Shown one piece after another: positions 21,291 to 32,081 of a stretch of DNA of 64,000 nucleotides. The stretch is from an uncultured delta proteobacterium (GTDB lineage: Bacteria; Desulfobacterota; Binatia; Binatales; Binataceae). The position numbers and the translations under genes are program-made. The stretch covers positions 1,472,001 to 1,536,000 of the forward strand of contig CAWEEQ010000004.1 in the NCBI GenBank assembly GCA_963808235.1. Direction: 5' to 3'. How positions within the stretch are numbered: position 1 is the stretch's first letter; every line of letters begins with the position of its first letter. The notes under the pieces are model-generated. The model was not told the origin of the DNA and ran no database searches. It saw nothing but the letters and a program-made list of their open reading frames with translations.

Positions 21291-22184
21291 ATGCTGCTGC
21301 GGATTGTCCACACCACGCGCTTCGCCTACGAGAAGCCCGCCTTCCAGTCGCATAACGAAGTCAGGATGCGGCCGCTCGAGGGCGTCGATCAGCGATGCGT
21401 CAAGTTCGAGCTGGATACGCAACCGAGCGCGACCACGCTTGAATATCGCGACTTCTACGGCAATAACGTTCATGCCCTGTCGGTTCATCAACCGCACACG
21501 GAGTTTAGCGTGGTCGCTCGCTCGATCGTCGAACGCGTGCAGGTTCCATCGCCAGTTCCGGTCGAAACCTCGTTCAAGGCTTTTCTGATCGACGACCACA
21601 AACGTTACCAGACTGAATACGATTTCCTGAGCGCGAGCCGGCACATCCCGTTCAGCAAACCGCTCAGAACTTTTTTTTGGATGGCCCGTCCGCGCCACGA
21701 CGAAAATGTAGCTGACTACACCAATCGAATAGTCAATTACATCCGTTCACAGTTCGCTTACGAACCCGGCAAGACCAAAGTACACTCGACCGCCGACGAG
21801 ATTCTCAGCGTCGGCGCAGGCGTTTGCCAGGATTTTGCGCATCTCGCGATAGGCGTCCTGCGTCTGGCTGGAATTCCGTCGCGCTACGTATCCGGATACT
21901 TGGCACCGGCGTTGGACAACACCGTTGAAAGCGTCGGCGCGCAGGCGAGCCACGCATGGCTCGAGGTCCAGCTACCGGGCGCAGGATGGATCGGATTCGA
22001 TCCGACCAATGGATGCCAGGTGGACCAGCGTCATATCCGCGTGGCAATCGGGCGCGACTATTCGGACGTGCCGCCGATGCGCGGAGTGTATCGTAGCACT
22101 GGCATCAGCCAGACCATGACGGTCGAGCTGCGCATCGAGCCCGAGTCGGATCAACAGCAGCAACAGGATCAGAATCAGCAGTGA
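21291..22184 (+). CDS. Transglutaminase family protein with a Gln-rich tail
   Basis: GVCQDFAH, RYVSGY, SHAW, FDPTN, GRDYSDVPP; ends DQQQQQDQNQQ. Confidence 0.92.
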   Translation: MLLRIVHTTRFAYEKPAFQSHNEVRMRPLEGVDQRCVKFELDTQPSATTLEYRDFYGNNVHALSVHQPHTEFSVVARSIVERVQVPSPVPVETSFKAFLIDDHKRYQTEYDFLSASRHIPFSKPLRTFFWMARPRHDENVADYTNRIVNYIRSQFAYEPGKTKVHSTADEILSVGAGVCQDFAHLAIGVLRLAGIPSRYVSGYLAPALDNTVESVGAQASHAWLEVQLPGAGWIGFDPTNGCQVDQRHIRVAIGRDYSDVPPMRGVYRSTGISQTMTVELRIEPESDQQQQQDQNQQ

Positions 22185-22223
22185 CGCCGTTTGCCGCCAG
22201 CAGCACATTGGCTCGCAGAGCCG

Positions 22224-23642
22224 CTATGCGCTGACGGCGGGCGTCGCGACCAGCGGCGGCATCAGCGTGTCGGGAGCAGCTGCGGGTTTGCCCCGGATGA
22301 GCCGGCGCGACCATGCCTTCGCAATCATCGCGAGCAAAGACATCTCGAACAGCGAGGACGGCGGCTTGATCATGTTGATCACTTCGGCGATACGGTCTCC
22401 GATTCTCGGGTCGTCGTTGGCGACCTCGAACATTCGTCCGAGCAGTGGATCCAGCACGCGACTTATCATGGGACGCGTACCCTCCGTGCCGGCGATTCTG
22501 AAATCCGCACCGGTCGCGAGGCCCCACGGCTCGGCCTGGAATCGTGCTTGCGCGGCGAAAAATTTGCGCGGCAATTCGGCATCACCTGAGGTGCTGTTTT
22601 TAAGACATTCACCGAGTATCAGCGCGGACAGCGCCCCCGAAGTCATCCCCTGCCCGTAGACCGGATTGAAAGCGCACGACGAATCGCCGAGCGCGACGAA
22701 GCCGTCGAGCCGCGCGTTCCATTTTTCGTAATGGCGCCATCGGTTCGCCATCTGCCGATACGAATAGACTTTCGAGATTGGCTCCGCGAGTGCGACTTCC
22801 GACGCAATGATCGGCGAGCGCAGTTCGCCAAGTCGGGTCGTGAACCCGTCTTCGTCGCTCGGCGGATAGTGCCCGCCGATTCCCGCCATCGTGACGATCA
22901 TTCGATTGCCTTCGACCGGAAACAAAACGCCCGCGCTGGAAAAATGCTCGGCGACCGGATCGATCCAGATTCCCTTCCACCACCAGTCTTTCGGACGCCG
23001 CTCGGGATTCACCTTGTACCATCGCGACGCGTACCCAGTGTGCGAATCGACCACCGTCTCCGCGGGAATCGGCAGTCCCATCGCCTCAATCCACGAAGGG
23101 CACTTGGTCGAGCGCCCGCTCGCATCGACAATCAGATCGCCCGTCAGAGTAAACGGCGCTCCGCTATCGCGCGGATTTACCTTCACGCCGGTCACGCGCC
23201 GCGAATCGGACTGACTCGTCTCGAAGCCCACCGCCTCGACGCGCTCGATCAGTTCGACGTTCGCCGTGCGGCGGAGCAACTCCCTGATGGTCTCCTCGAT
23301 CAACACACGGCTGGCGAATAGCGTGGTAAGCCGGTCAGAGCGGCGCGCGGCCCATCCGTTGGCTCTCAGCGCCGCGAAGTCGCGGCTGAAGTTAATTTCG
23401 ATCGCGCCGCGATCGAGCATGTTCTTTTCGAATCCCGGAAACAGCCGCTCGAGCTCGAGCCGCCCACGCGACAACAGCGCATGCACGTGCCGGCTCTGCG
23501 GAACGCCGGGCCGCTCGTGCGCGCCCGCCGGATAGCTGTCGCGATCGAGCACTGTGATCTTGTCGTAGAAACCGCTGAGCACCTGCGCGGCACACAGTCC
23601 AGCCATGCTTCCGCCGATTACGATCGCATGATTTCTTGCCAT
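22224..23642 (-). CDS. FAD-dependent oxidoreductase (NAD(P)/FAD monooxygenase-like)
   Basis: IGGSMAGL, GVPQSRHVH, DASGR, GDSSCAFNPVYGQGM; likely start at ATG 23642. Confidence 0.85.
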   Translation of the reverse strand: MARNHAIVIGGSMAGLCAAQVLSGFYDKITVLDRDSYPAGAHERPGVPQSRHVHALLSRGRLELERLFPGFEKNMLDRGAIEINFSRDFAALRANGWAARRSDRLTTLFASRVLIEETIRELLRRTANVELIERVEAVGFETSQSDSRRVTGVKVNPRDSGAPFTLTGDLIVDASGRSTKCPSWIEAMGLPIPAETVVDSHTGYASRWYKVNPERRPKDWWWKGIWIDPVAEHFSSAGVLFPVEGNRMIVTMAGIGGHYPPSDEDGFTTRLGELRSPIIASEVALAEPISKVYSYRQMANRWRHYEKWNARLDGFVALGDSSCAFNPVYGQGMTSGALSALILGECLKNSTSGDAELPRKFFAAQARFQAEPWGLATGADFRIAGTEGTRPMISRVLDPLLGRMFEVANDDPRIGDRIAEVINMIKPPSSLFEMSLLAMIAKAWSRRLIRGKPAAAPDTLMPPLVATPAVSA

Positions 23643-23671
23643 CTGAATATTCCTTTCCCCGTATGCTCCGG

Positions 23672-24319
23672 TTACTCGCGTCTCGATTTCCTGTCGCTCA
23701 GCCCCTTCAGAATGATGTCCAAAGTCTCGGCGACTGCGGCTTCGATATCGATTTTTCCGTCGTGCCGGACCCACGTATAGATGAGCGCAAAGAACGCCGC
23801 GCACACAGTCAGAGCTGCAACGGTAGGTTGCGTCCGTTTTCGAAATTCGCCGGCCGCCTGCCCGCGGCGAATAATCGCGGCCAGCAGATGAACCAGGTCG
23901 GCGGTCCGTTGATCGTGTTCGCTGAGGACTCCCGGGCGTGCGATCACCTCGCGAACCACCATCCGGACCACATCCGGATGCCTCTGCGCGCGTTCGGCGA
24001 GCATCTTCAGCGCCATCCTCAGGGTCAACGTCGCGCTGCCGCGATACTCGCGAATTGCGGCCGCAAGCTCCAGGTTGGCCCGCTCGCCATATTCGACCAG
24101 CAGCGCCTCTTTGGCCGGAAAATGTAAGAAAAACGTAGCCCGCGCCACGTCGGCCTCGTCGCAAATATCGTCAATCGTAACCGAATCGAAACCTCGTTTG
24201 AGGAACAGGTTCATCGCGGCGTTGTAGATATCGGCGCGAGTGCGTCCTTTCTTGCGCTCGCGGCGCGAGACCGCCGGCGTTCTTGAGCGGAGACTGGAAG
24301 CGAGTGTTTGTTCGGCCAT
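23672..24319 (-). CDS. TetR/AcrR family regulator
   Basis: RRERKK…FLKRGFDSVTIDDICDEADVARATFFLHFPAKE helix-turn-helix. Confidence 0.92.
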   Translation of the reverse strand: MAEQTLASSLRSRTPAVSRRERKKGRTRADIYNAAMNLFLKRGFDSVTIDDICDEADVARATFFLHFPAKEALLVEYGERANLELAAAIREYRGSATLTLRMALKMLAERAQRHPDVVRMVVREVIARPGVLSEHDQRTADLVHLLAAIIRRGQAAGEFRKRTQPTVAALTVCAAFFALIYTWVRHDGKIDIEAAVAETLDIILKGLSDRKSRRE

Positions 24320-24324
24320 GAGAC

Positions 24325-24338
24325 TAGACTCAAGTCTA
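24325..24338. promoter_or_regulatory. Palindromic operator candidate TAGACT-CA-AGTCTA (probable TetR site)
   Basis: Perfect 6-bp inverted repeat 6 nt upstream of the TetR start, in the divergent intergenic region. Confidence 0.6.
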
Positions 24339-24443
24339 TTAAATGACTGTAGTGCGCGAAGCAAGGGATGCGCGATGCGTTCCGCTTTTGCCCGACAGAA
24401 GCGAGCCGTATAAAATTTGTGGTCGTCCCGGACGATCTGCGAT

Positions 24444-25164
24444 TTGCCAAAAGATAAAAATAAGACTCGCGACCCGGCTGATCGGCCGCGCGTCGTCGTC
24501 GATTTCGATCTGCTGCGAACTTTCGCGGCGCAAAATTTCCGCGATCTCGGAGGACGTCCGACAATCGCGGGCCGCCGAGTCCGCGCCGGCAAAATCTATC
24601 GCTCCTCGCATCTGGCCGAAGTTCCGCCCGAGAGCCCGATCAGTCAACTGAAGCTGCGGACCCTGGTCACCTTGCAGAGCCGCGCGGAAGTGAAGCATCT
24701 TGGCGCGCCAAAACCGGCCGGGCGCCTCGGCGTACGATGGGAACACATCCCGATGGGCGACGAATGGTTCAACGACCAGGGTTATACGCGGATTGCGCAC
24801 TGAGCCGGGACGCGAACACCTGGCGCTCGTGATGCACTTCCGCGAGGATTGGCTCCGCTTCTTCAAGCTGCTCGGCGAGCGCGACGTCTATCCGCTGCTC
24901 TTCCACTGTTCGGCGGGACGCGACCGCACTGGAGTCGGTGCCGCGATGCTGCTCTCGGTGCTCGGCGTCGATCGGGAGAAGATCGTGGCCGACTTTCTCG
25001 AGAGCAACCTGGTTTTCAAAAAGATCCCGCTCGCGGCAGAGCAACTTGATCCGGTATTCGAATTGATCGATGAAAACGGCGGAATCGAAGGCTTCATGCG
25101 CGAAGTAATCGGCCTGAAATCCAGCGAGCTGGATCTAATCCGCGAAGATCTCCTGGAAGACTAG
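24444..25164 (+). CDS. Tyrosine-protein phosphatase (Y_phosphatase3-like), frameshift near 24795
   Basis: NFRDLGG and IYRSSHL in one frame; FHCSAGRDRTG in the next. Confidence 0.85.
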
Positions 25165-26322
25165 TCAGGCGGGAAGGTAGCCGTCGCGCAGTAGAGACTT
25201 CGCGATGATCATGCGCTGCACTTCGCTGGTACCCTCGCCGATTTCGGAGAGCTTCGCGTCGCGCATGTAACGCTCGACCGGAAAGTCAGTGACGTAACCG
25301 TAACCGCCATGGATCTGCACGGCCTTGATCGTCGACCACATCGCGGTCTCCGACGCGAACAGCTTGGCCATCGCAGCTTCGCGCGCGAACGGTTTGCCTG
25401 CATCCTTGAGCGCGGCGGCTCGGCAGATGAGCACCCACGACGCGTCGATGCGCGTTGCCATGTCCGCGAACATCCACTGGATTGCCTGGAACTCCGCAAT
25501 CTTCTTGCCGAACTGCCCGCGTTCGAGTGCGTAGCTGCGCGCCTCTTCGAATGCGCCGCGTGCGATTCCTGCTGCGAATCCGGCGATTCCGATGCGCCCT
25601 GCCTCGAGCACTTTGAGCGTTTGCCGGTAGCCTGCGCCGAGCTCGCCAACCAGGTTTCGCGCCGGCACGGTGACGTTTTCGAAGTTCACCTCGGCGGTGT
25701 CGGAGGCTCTGAGCCCAAGCTTCTCGATCTTCTTTCCATTCGACAATCCGGCCGCGCCGCGATCGACGATGAACGCCGAGACTCCGTCGCGTCCGCGCGC
25801 CTGGTCCGTCACCGCCATCACTACGTAAACGTCCGCAACGGTGCCGTTGGTGATGAACATCTTCGACCCGTTGATCGAAAAGTTGTCGCCGACGCGCGTC
25901 GCCTTGGTTAACATCGCGGCCGCGTCGGAACCGGAACTCGGCTCCGTGAGGCACCATGCGCCGATCTTTTTCGCCGCAAGCATGGGCGGTACGTATTGCT
26001 CGCGCAACGCGTCGCTTGCGAACCCCGCAATATGCCCGGTCGAGAGCGACATGTGCGCCGCGCACGTGAGTCCGATCGACGCGTCGTAACGCGACAGCCC
26101 CTCGACGACGAGCACCTGTGAGAGGGTGTCTGCTCCGCCGCCGCCGAATTTCTCCGGGAACGCCACGCCAAGGAATCCGAGCTGGCCGAGCTTCTCGACG
26201 ATGTGCCGCGGAAAAGTTTCTTCCTTGTCCCATTTGGTCGAATGCGGCTTGATTTCCCGCTCGGCGAAATCGGTCAGCGTCTCGCGGATACGGCGCTGCT
26301 CTTCGGTGAGGTCGAAATTCAT
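25165..26322 (-). CDS. Acyl-CoA dehydrogenase
   Basis: [34 protein letters not shown]. Confidence 0.95.
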   Translation of the reverse strand: MNFDLTEEQRRIRETLTDFAEREIKPHSTKWDKEETFPRHIVEKLGQLGFLGVAFPEKFGGGGADTLSQVLVVEGLSRYDASIGLTCAAHMSLSTGHIAGFASDALREQYVPPMLAAKKIGAWCLTEPSSGSDAAAMLTKATRVGDNFSINGSKMFITNGTVADVYVVMAVTDQARGRDGVSAFIVDRGAAGLSNGKKIEKLGLRASDTAEVNFENVTVPARNLVGELGAGYRQTLKVLEAGRIGIAGFAAGIARGAFEEARSYALERGQFGKKIAEFQAIQWMFADMATRIDASWVLICRAAALKDAGKPFAREAAMAKLFASETAMWSTIKAVQIHGGYGYVTDFPVERYMRDAKLSEIGEGTSEVQRMIIAKSLLRDGYLPA

Positions 26323-26331
26323 GGTGATCGA

Positions 26332-26733
26332 CTAACGCGGCGCGACGTTCTCCCGCACCCACTTGACGATATCTTCCGTCGAGGCGCCGGGGGTGAATAT
26401 CTGCCGCACGCCCATCGCCTTCAGCTTGTCGGCGTCTTCGTCCGGAATAATTCCGCCGCCGAATACCGCTACCTCGCCGGCGCCGCGCTCTTTGAGCAGG
26501 CGCATCACCTCGGGAAACAGCGTCATGTGCGCGCCTGAAAGCACGCTGAGTCCGACCGCGTCGGCATCTTCCTGCACCGCGGCCTCTGCGATCATTTCCG
26601 GGGTCTGATGAAGGCCCGTGTAGATCACCTCGAAGCCGCCGTCGCGCAGCGCACGCGCGATTATCTTCGCGCCGCGATCGTGTCCGTCGAGTCCGGGCTT
26701 CGCAACCAGAATCCTGAGTCTCTTGTCTGCCAT
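26332..26733 (-). CDS. Cobalamin-binding small subunit of an acyl-CoA mutase
   Basis: [12 protein letters not shown] (DxHxxG), SVLSGAH, GGIIP. Confidence 0.95.
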   Translation of the reverse strand: MADKRLRILVAKPGLDGHDRGAKIIARALRDGGFEVIYTGLHQTPEMIAEAAVQEDADAVGLSVLSGAHMTLFPEVMRLLKERGAGEVAVFGGGIIPDEDADKLKAMGVRQIFTPGASTEDIVKWVRENVAPR

Positions 26734-26735
26734 CG

Positions 26736-28370
26736 TTAAATCCAGCCCGGGTCAGTGTACACGCCGAACTCGGTGCGAAAAATATCGCTGACCTCGCCGA
26801 CGGTCGCGTCATTGCGCACCGCCTCGCAAATCGGGTCCATCAGGTTCTCGCCGGAGCGGCAAGCCTCGGCAACCCGTGCGAGCGCCGCTTTGACGTTGAT
26901 CGAATTTCGCTCGCGCTTGACCTTGCGCACGCGCTGGATCTGCTTCTCTTCGATCGCCGCGTCGATCTTGAGCGTCGCAATCGGAATTTCCTCGGGTATC
27001 GAATACTTGTTCACCCCGACCACTGTCTTAATCCCCTGCTCGAGTTGGCGCTGGAAGTGAAACGCCGCCTCCGCGATTTCGCGCTGCGGGTAGCCGGTTT
27101 CGATCGCCTTAATCATCCCGCCCATCTCGTCGATGCGCCTGATATAGTCGCTCGCCTCGCGCTCCATGCGATCGGTTAGCGCCTCGACTGCGTAGCTGCC
27201 GCCGAACGGGTCGATCGTGTTGGTGACGCCGGTCTCCTCGGCGATCACCTGCTGAGTGCGCAGCGCGACCATCACCGCCTGCTCGGTCGGCAGCGCAAGC
27301 GTCTCGTCCATCGAGTTGGTATGGAGCGACTGCACTCCGCCCAGCACGCCCGCGAGCGCCTGGATCGCGACTCGCACCACGTTGTTCATCGGTTGCTGCG
27401 CGGTGAGCGAGGCTCCGGCGGTCTGCGCATGGGTGCGCAGCATCATCGACTTCGGATTCTTGGCGCCGAAGCGATCCTTCATGATGCGCGCCCAGAGCCG
27501 GCGCGCCGCGCGAAGCTTGGCGACCTCCTCGAGAAAGTCATTGTGCAGATTCCAGAAGAACGAGAGCCGATCCGCGAAGTCATCGACGCTCAAGCCCCGC
27601 TTGATCGCATCCTCGACGTAACAGATCCCGTCCGCAATCGTGAACGCAAGCTCCTGCACCGCAGTCGAGCCGGCCTCGCGGATGTGGTAGCCGGAGATCG
27701 AGACTGCGTGCCAGCGCGGAACTTTCCGCGCGCAGAACTCGATCATGTCGGTGACGATTCTGAGTGCGGGCCGCGGCGGGCAAATCCATTCCTTCTGCGC
27801 GATATATTCCTTGAGCATGTCGTTCTGAATCGTGCCGCCGACCTGCTCCCATGGAATTCCGTTGCGCTCCGCGACCACCAGGTACATCGCGAGCAGGATC
27901 GACGCCGAGCAATTCACCGTCATCGAAGTGCTGACCTTGTCCAGCGGGATTCGATTGAACAGCGCCGCCATATCGTAAACCGTCGACACCGAAACGCCTT
28001 CCCGCCCCACTTCGCCGAGCGCGCGCTCGTGGTCGGCGTCGTAGCCCATCAGGGTCGGCATGTCGAACGCGGTCGAAAGTCCGTCCTGCCCCTGCCCGAG
28101 CAGAAAATGAAAACGCGCGTTGGTGTCCTCGGCGAGTCCGAAGCCCGCGAACTGGCGCATTGTCCACAGCCGCCCGCGATACATCGAGCCATACACGCCG
28201 CGCGTGTATGGAAATTCGCCAGGATTCCCGATTGCATCGTCGTACGAACCTTTCACGTCGTCGGGCGTATAGAGCGGGTCAAGCTCCATATCCGATACCG
28301 TCGAGAATCGCATCGGCCGTTCAGTCGCCTTCTTATAGGTCGTCTCAAGCCACTTTTTTTTGCTGCTCAC
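26736..28370 (-). CDS. icmA: Acyl-CoA mutase large subunit, isobutyryl-CoA-mutase-like
   Basis: [18 protein letters not shown] (Phe where MCM has Tyr), KEYIAQKEW (Gln where MCM has Arg); GTG start at 28370. Confidence 0.8.
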   Translation of the reverse strand: MSSKKKWLETTYKKATERPMRFSTVSDMELDPLYTPDDVKGSYDDAIGNPGEFPYTRGVYGSMYRGRLWTMRQFAGFGLAEDTNARFHFLLGQGQDGLSTAFDMPTLMGYDADHERALGEVGREGVSVSTVYDMAALFNRIPLDKVSTSMTVNCSASILLAMYLVVAERNGIPWEQVGGTIQNDMLKEYIAQKEWICPPRPALRIVTDMIEFCARKVPRWHAVSISGYHIREAGSTAVQELAFTIADGICYVEDAIKRGLSVDDFADRLSFFWNLHNDFLEEVAKLRAARRLWARIMKDRFGAKNPKSMMLRTHAQTAGASLTAQQPMNNVVRVAIQALAGVLGGVQSLHTNSMDETLALPTEQAVMVALRTQQVIAEETGVTNTIDPFGGSYAVEALTDRMEREASDYIRRIDEMGGMIKAIETGYPQREIAEAAFHFQRQLEQGIKTVVGVNKYSIPEEIPIATLKIDAAIEEKQIQRVRKVKRERNSINVKAALARVAEACRSGENLMDPICEAVRNDATVGEVSDIFRTEFGVYTDPGWI

Positions 28371-28378
28371 CGGTGACC

Positions 28379-29524
28379 TCAGCGGTTGTCGAGCACACTG
28401 CTCGCGATTACCAGGCGCTGAATCTCGGACGTCCCTTCGTAAATCTCGGTTATCTTTGCGTCGCGGAAATAGCGCTCGACCTTGAATTCTTTTGTGTAGC
28501 CGTAGCCGCCGTGGATCTGCACGGCCTCGGTCGCCGACTTCATCGCAGTCTCCGCGGCAAACAATTTCGCCATCGCGGATTCCTTCGTGCACGACTCGCC
28601 GCGATCTTTGAGCGTGGCCGCGCGATGCGTCAGCAAACGCGCCGCGTCGATCTCGACCGCCATGTCGGCGAGCTTCCACTGAATGGCCTGGTACGACGCG
28701 ATCGGTTTGCCGAAGGTGAGCCGCTGCGCCGCGTACTTTAGCGACGCCTCCAGCGCCGCGCGTGCGATTCCCAGCGCCTGCGAGGCGATTCCAATTCGCC
28801 CGCCGTCAAGCGTTTTCATCGCAACCTTGAAGCCTTCACCCTCGCCCAGGATCAAATTCTCGCGCGGCACGCGCATATCGGAAAAACTCAGCTGCGCCGA
28901 ATGTGCGCCATGAATTCCCATCTTGTCTTCGACCCGCGTCACCGACCATCCCGGCGTGTCGGTCTCGACCGCAAACGCGCTGATCCCATGATGCCCCTTA
29001 TCGGGCTGCGTCATCGCAAACACAATCGCCACTTTTGCTTGCGGCGCGTTGGTAATGAAATTCTTGGTCCCATTGATCAAGTAAGAGTCGCCATCGAGCA
29101 CGGCGCGCGTCTTCTGCCCAGCCGCATCGGAGCCCGCCTGAGGCTCGGTAAGCGCAAAGCATCCGAGCCAGTTGCCGGTCGCCATCTTCGGCAGAAAATG
29201 ATTTTTTTGCGATTCGGTGCCGAGCCCGAGAATCGGCCACGACGCGAGCGAGCAATGCGCCGACATGATCACTGCCGTCGACGCACACTCCACTGCGAGT
29301 TCCTCGAGCACCAGCGAATACGAAACATGATCGAGTCCGGCGCCGCCATACTGTTCAGGAAGAAAGATACCGAGCATCCCGAGTTTCGCAAGCTCGTCGA
29401 TTGCCTCTGACGGATAGCGATGCGACCGGTCGGCCTCGACGCCGATCGGTCCAAGCTTCTCGCGCGAGAACCGCCGCGCGACGTCGCGCGCGCCGCGTTG
29501 CGCTTCCGTCAGTTCAAGGTCCAT
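28379..29524 (-). CDS. Acyl-CoA dehydrogenase (butyryl-CoA DH-like)
   Basis: [31 protein letters not shown]. Confidence 0.95.
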   Translation of the reverse strand: MDLELTEAQRGARDVARRFSREKLGPIGVEADRSHRYPSEAIDELAKLGMLGIFLPEQYGGAGLDHVSYSLVLEELAVECASTAVIMSAHCSLASWPILGLGTESQKNHFLPKMATGNWLGCFALTEPQAGSDAAGQKTRAVLDGDSYLINGTKNFITNAPQAKVAIVFAMTQPDKGHHGISAFAVETDTPGWSVTRVEDKMGIHGAHSAQLSFSDMRVPRENLILGEGEGFKVAMKTLDGGRIGIASQALGIARAALEASLKYAAQRLTFGKPIASYQAIQWKLADMAVEIDAARLLTHRAATLKDRGESCTKESAMAKLFAAETAMKSATEAVQIHGGYGYTKEFKVERYFRDAKITEIYEGTSEIQRLVIASSVLDNR

Positions 29525-29576
29525 CGATTCATTTGTAGCCTAGCGAGCAGATGCGGTCGATAGAACCGTGCCCGAT

Positions 29577-29613
29577 CCCTCGCCCGTTATTTTACGGGAG
29601 AGGTTAGTGAGGG
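29577..29613. repeat. REP-like imperfect palindrome (CCCTCGCCCGT…ACGGGAGAGG-TTAGTGAGGG)
   Basis: Imperfect inverted repeat resembling common CCCTCTCCC…GGGAGAGGG intergenic repeats; a weaker relative lies at about 63046-63065. Confidence 0.45.
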
Positions 29614-29656
29614 TTCTGCTTTGAGCGTGCAGCTCTGAGCCGTTCAGCTCAAGCAC

Positions 29657-30357
29657 TCAGACTGCCGTGCTGAGTTGCTGTTCGCGTATCCGCCGCTCAC
29701 GCATCGCGAGCATGTATCGCCGCGTCCATGCGATGAGAACAATCGTCACGCCGAACGCCATCACCGGCGAGATCGCGACCACCTGCGCCGGCGACAGGAC
29801 CATGCAAGGACAACCCTAACCGCTGCTTCGACGATGTAAGCAATTCCCCACACCGCGGTCACGAATTTTTGCGCTGCGCGAAAGTTCGGAAATTCCTCCC
29901 AAAGCCCGTTCCACCATGCGAGTCGCGTCGGATCGTCGCCGGCGACGAACTGGCGGTTGATGTAGAACATCAGCGGCCGCTCGGCAAACAGCGAACCGAG
30001 ACAGATGAGACCGAAGGCCGCGGTCAGGAACGATTCCTTGATCAGCGTGAAAAACACGCTGCCCGAGACCAGCGAAGTCGCGGTTCCAACCACCAGAAAA
30101 CTCATCACGATGATTCCGAGCGGTTCAAGCTTGCGCGTCTTTACCCATACTCGAAGGTTGTTGAGCGCCGGAAAGATCCCGCCCGCGACCAGCGCGTACA
30201 GTGTCGAGACGCCATAGTGGGTCAGCACATTGAACGCAACTATCGGCATCGCCACGTCGACGACGAGGGTGGGAATCATCTGCGCGAAGCTGAAGTTTCC
30301 GGGCGGCTCAGGATTGACCGCCAGCGGATCGACAGTTCGTGGTTCGTTGTCCACCAC
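29657..30357 (-). CDS. VC0807-like membrane protein, frameshift near 29803
   Basis: LVVDVAMP, LIKES, RPLMF, TAVWG; the shifted frame continues VLSPAQVVAISP…WTRRY to a stop at 29657. Confidence 0.75.
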
Positions 30358-30358
30358 G

Positions 30359-31138
30359 TTACTTGTGCTCCCACTTCGGCGGACGCTTCTCGACGAATGC
30401 CGCAGTGCCCTCGATGCGATCGCTGCTCCCGAACACAACGCCGAAAGCCTCTTGCTCAAAGCGCAACCCGGCGTCTTCGTTCATCGTGAATGCAGCGCGC
30501 AGCGCGGCCTTGGCCTGCCGGAGCGCAATCGCGGATTTGCTCGCGAGTTTCTCCGCGAGCTTCCTCGCGGTATCGATCAATTCTCCGGGCGCCACGACCT
30601 GGTTGGCGAGACCCCAATCGTGCGCCGCCTTCGCGTCGAACATCTCGCCGGTCATGATCAATTCCCTCGCCTTGTTGTGACCGATACGATGCGCCAGGCG
30701 TTGCGTGCCGCCGAACCCCGGGATGAGTCCAAGATTGATCTCCGGCTGCCCAAAGCGCGCCTTGTCGCTTGCGATGATCAGGTCGCAGGCGAGCGCGAGC
30801 TCGAGTCCGCCCCCGAGCGCAAATCCGTTTACCGCCGCGATCACAGGGATCGGCAAATCCTCGAAACTTTCCATCACGCGATGCCCCAGGCGCGAGAAGT
30901 CGAGCCCGTCGATCGCCGACATTTTCGACATAGCCGCGATATCCGCGCCCGCCACGAACGCACGATCTCCGGCCCCGGTGACGATCAGGACGCGAACCGA
31001 CGAGTCGTGGCGAACTTCGCGAATGACGCGCGCCATCTCCTCCAACACCTCGCGGTTGAGCGCGTTCAGTGCCGTCGGCCGATTCACAGTGAGCGTGGCG
31101 ATCGCAGCTTTGTCGAAAATAATATTTTTGAGTTCCAC
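30359..31138 (-). CDS. Enoyl-CoA hydratase (crotonase)
   Basis: AFVAGADI, AVNGFALGGGLE, PGFGGTQRL. Confidence 0.93.
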   Translation of the reverse strand: MELKNIIFDKAAIATLTVNRPTALNALNREVLEEMARVIREVRHDSSVRVLIVTGAGDRAFVAGADIAAMSKMSAIDGLDFSRLGHRVMESFEDLPIPVIAAVNGFALGGGLELALACDLIIASDKARFGQPEINLGLIPGFGGTQRLAHRIGHNKARELIMTGEMFDAKAAHDWGLANQVVAPGELIDTARKLAEKLASKSAIALRQAKAALRAAFTMNEDAGLRFEQEAFGVVFGSSDRIEGTAAFVEKRPPKWEHK

Positions 31139-31308
31139 GAAGATCTCCGTTTCAAATCAATATCGCGCCAGACTCGCGTTTTTTAATTCCGCGCCTAGCG
31201 TCCTTTCCGTGTCAACACCCGAACATCGGATACTGTCGCGAGTTCCACCCGATGCACCGCGTGGAGTCCAGCTTGCGCCAACCGGCTCGCGCGGGAAACA
31301 ATGCCCAC

Positions 31309-31776
31309 GTGCGTGGCAAATTCAGGACCCTTCGAAGCGCGATTGCTGCGTCCGTGACTGTCGCGATAGTTGCGTGTATCGCCACGGGATGCGCTCCGCC
31401 GGCGAAGGCATTCGTGGACAAAATTCGAACCGAAGCCGACGAGAAATGCCGCGCGGGCAATCAACCCGCCTGTCATACGATCGTGCAGGCGCTCAACGAT
31501 ACCAAGGTAGCAATCGAAACGACCAGTCCGCTGGAGACGCAGACGCCCGCGTGCATGGCGGGCAAACAGGTCGCCTGTCAGCAAGTCGCCGTGCTGCACG
31601 CGGAACTGAGCGCATGGTGCTCGATGGACAACGCGCAGGCGTGCGCCGCGGTCAACACCGGCCCATGGCCGAAGACCTGGGACGAGCCGGCGCTACTCGA
31701 CGCGGCGAAGCTTTCGTGCCTGAGCGGTCAGTTCAAGTCCGAGTCGAACACCTGCCAGGCATTGCAGATGATGTGA
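31309..31776 (+). CDS. Cys-rich lipoprotein with repeated C-x7-C helical units
   Basis: Lipobox-like ATGC; CRAGNQPAC, CMAGKQVAC, CSMDNAQAC. Confidence 0.65.
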   Translation: MRGKFRTLRSAIAASVTVAIVACIATGCAPPAKAFVDKIRTEADEKCRAGNQPACHTIVQALNDTKVAIETTSPLETQTPACMAGKQVACQQVAVLHAELSAWCSMDNAQACAAVNTGPWPKTWDEPALLDAAKLSCLSGQFKSESNTCQALQMM

Positions 31777-31800
31777 GCCCGCGCGCAGCGCGGCCGGCGA

Positions 31801-31992
31801 TCACTGCCGCTCTTCGAAGCCCAGCGAGAGCATCATCTCATGCAGCGACTGATCCACTGCGATGTATTCGGTCAGCGACAGGTAAACGTGGCATCCGCGG
31901 CGCCCCTTACCGTCAGGAATTTCCACGATCTTGACCACCAGGTCACCGTTGATCATTGCGGGTTGGTCGTCGAGGGTCACGCGTAGCCACAT
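31801..31992 (-). CDS. Small hypothetical protein, weakly FlbD-like
   Basis: 63 aa with an AGAGAG purine tract upstream; pattern INGDLVVKIVE…IAVDQSLHE. Confidence 0.5.
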   Translation of the reverse strand: MWLRVTLDDQPAMINGDLVVKIVEIPDGKGRRGCHVYLSLTEYIAVDQSLHEMMLSLGFEERQ

Positions 31993-32081
31993 TTTTTGAT
32001 TCTCTCTCTTTTTGAAAATTGCTTTTTGATGAAGATACCGCCGGGCCGCGAGTCATTGCAGCGCTGCAGCACGACTCGGGC

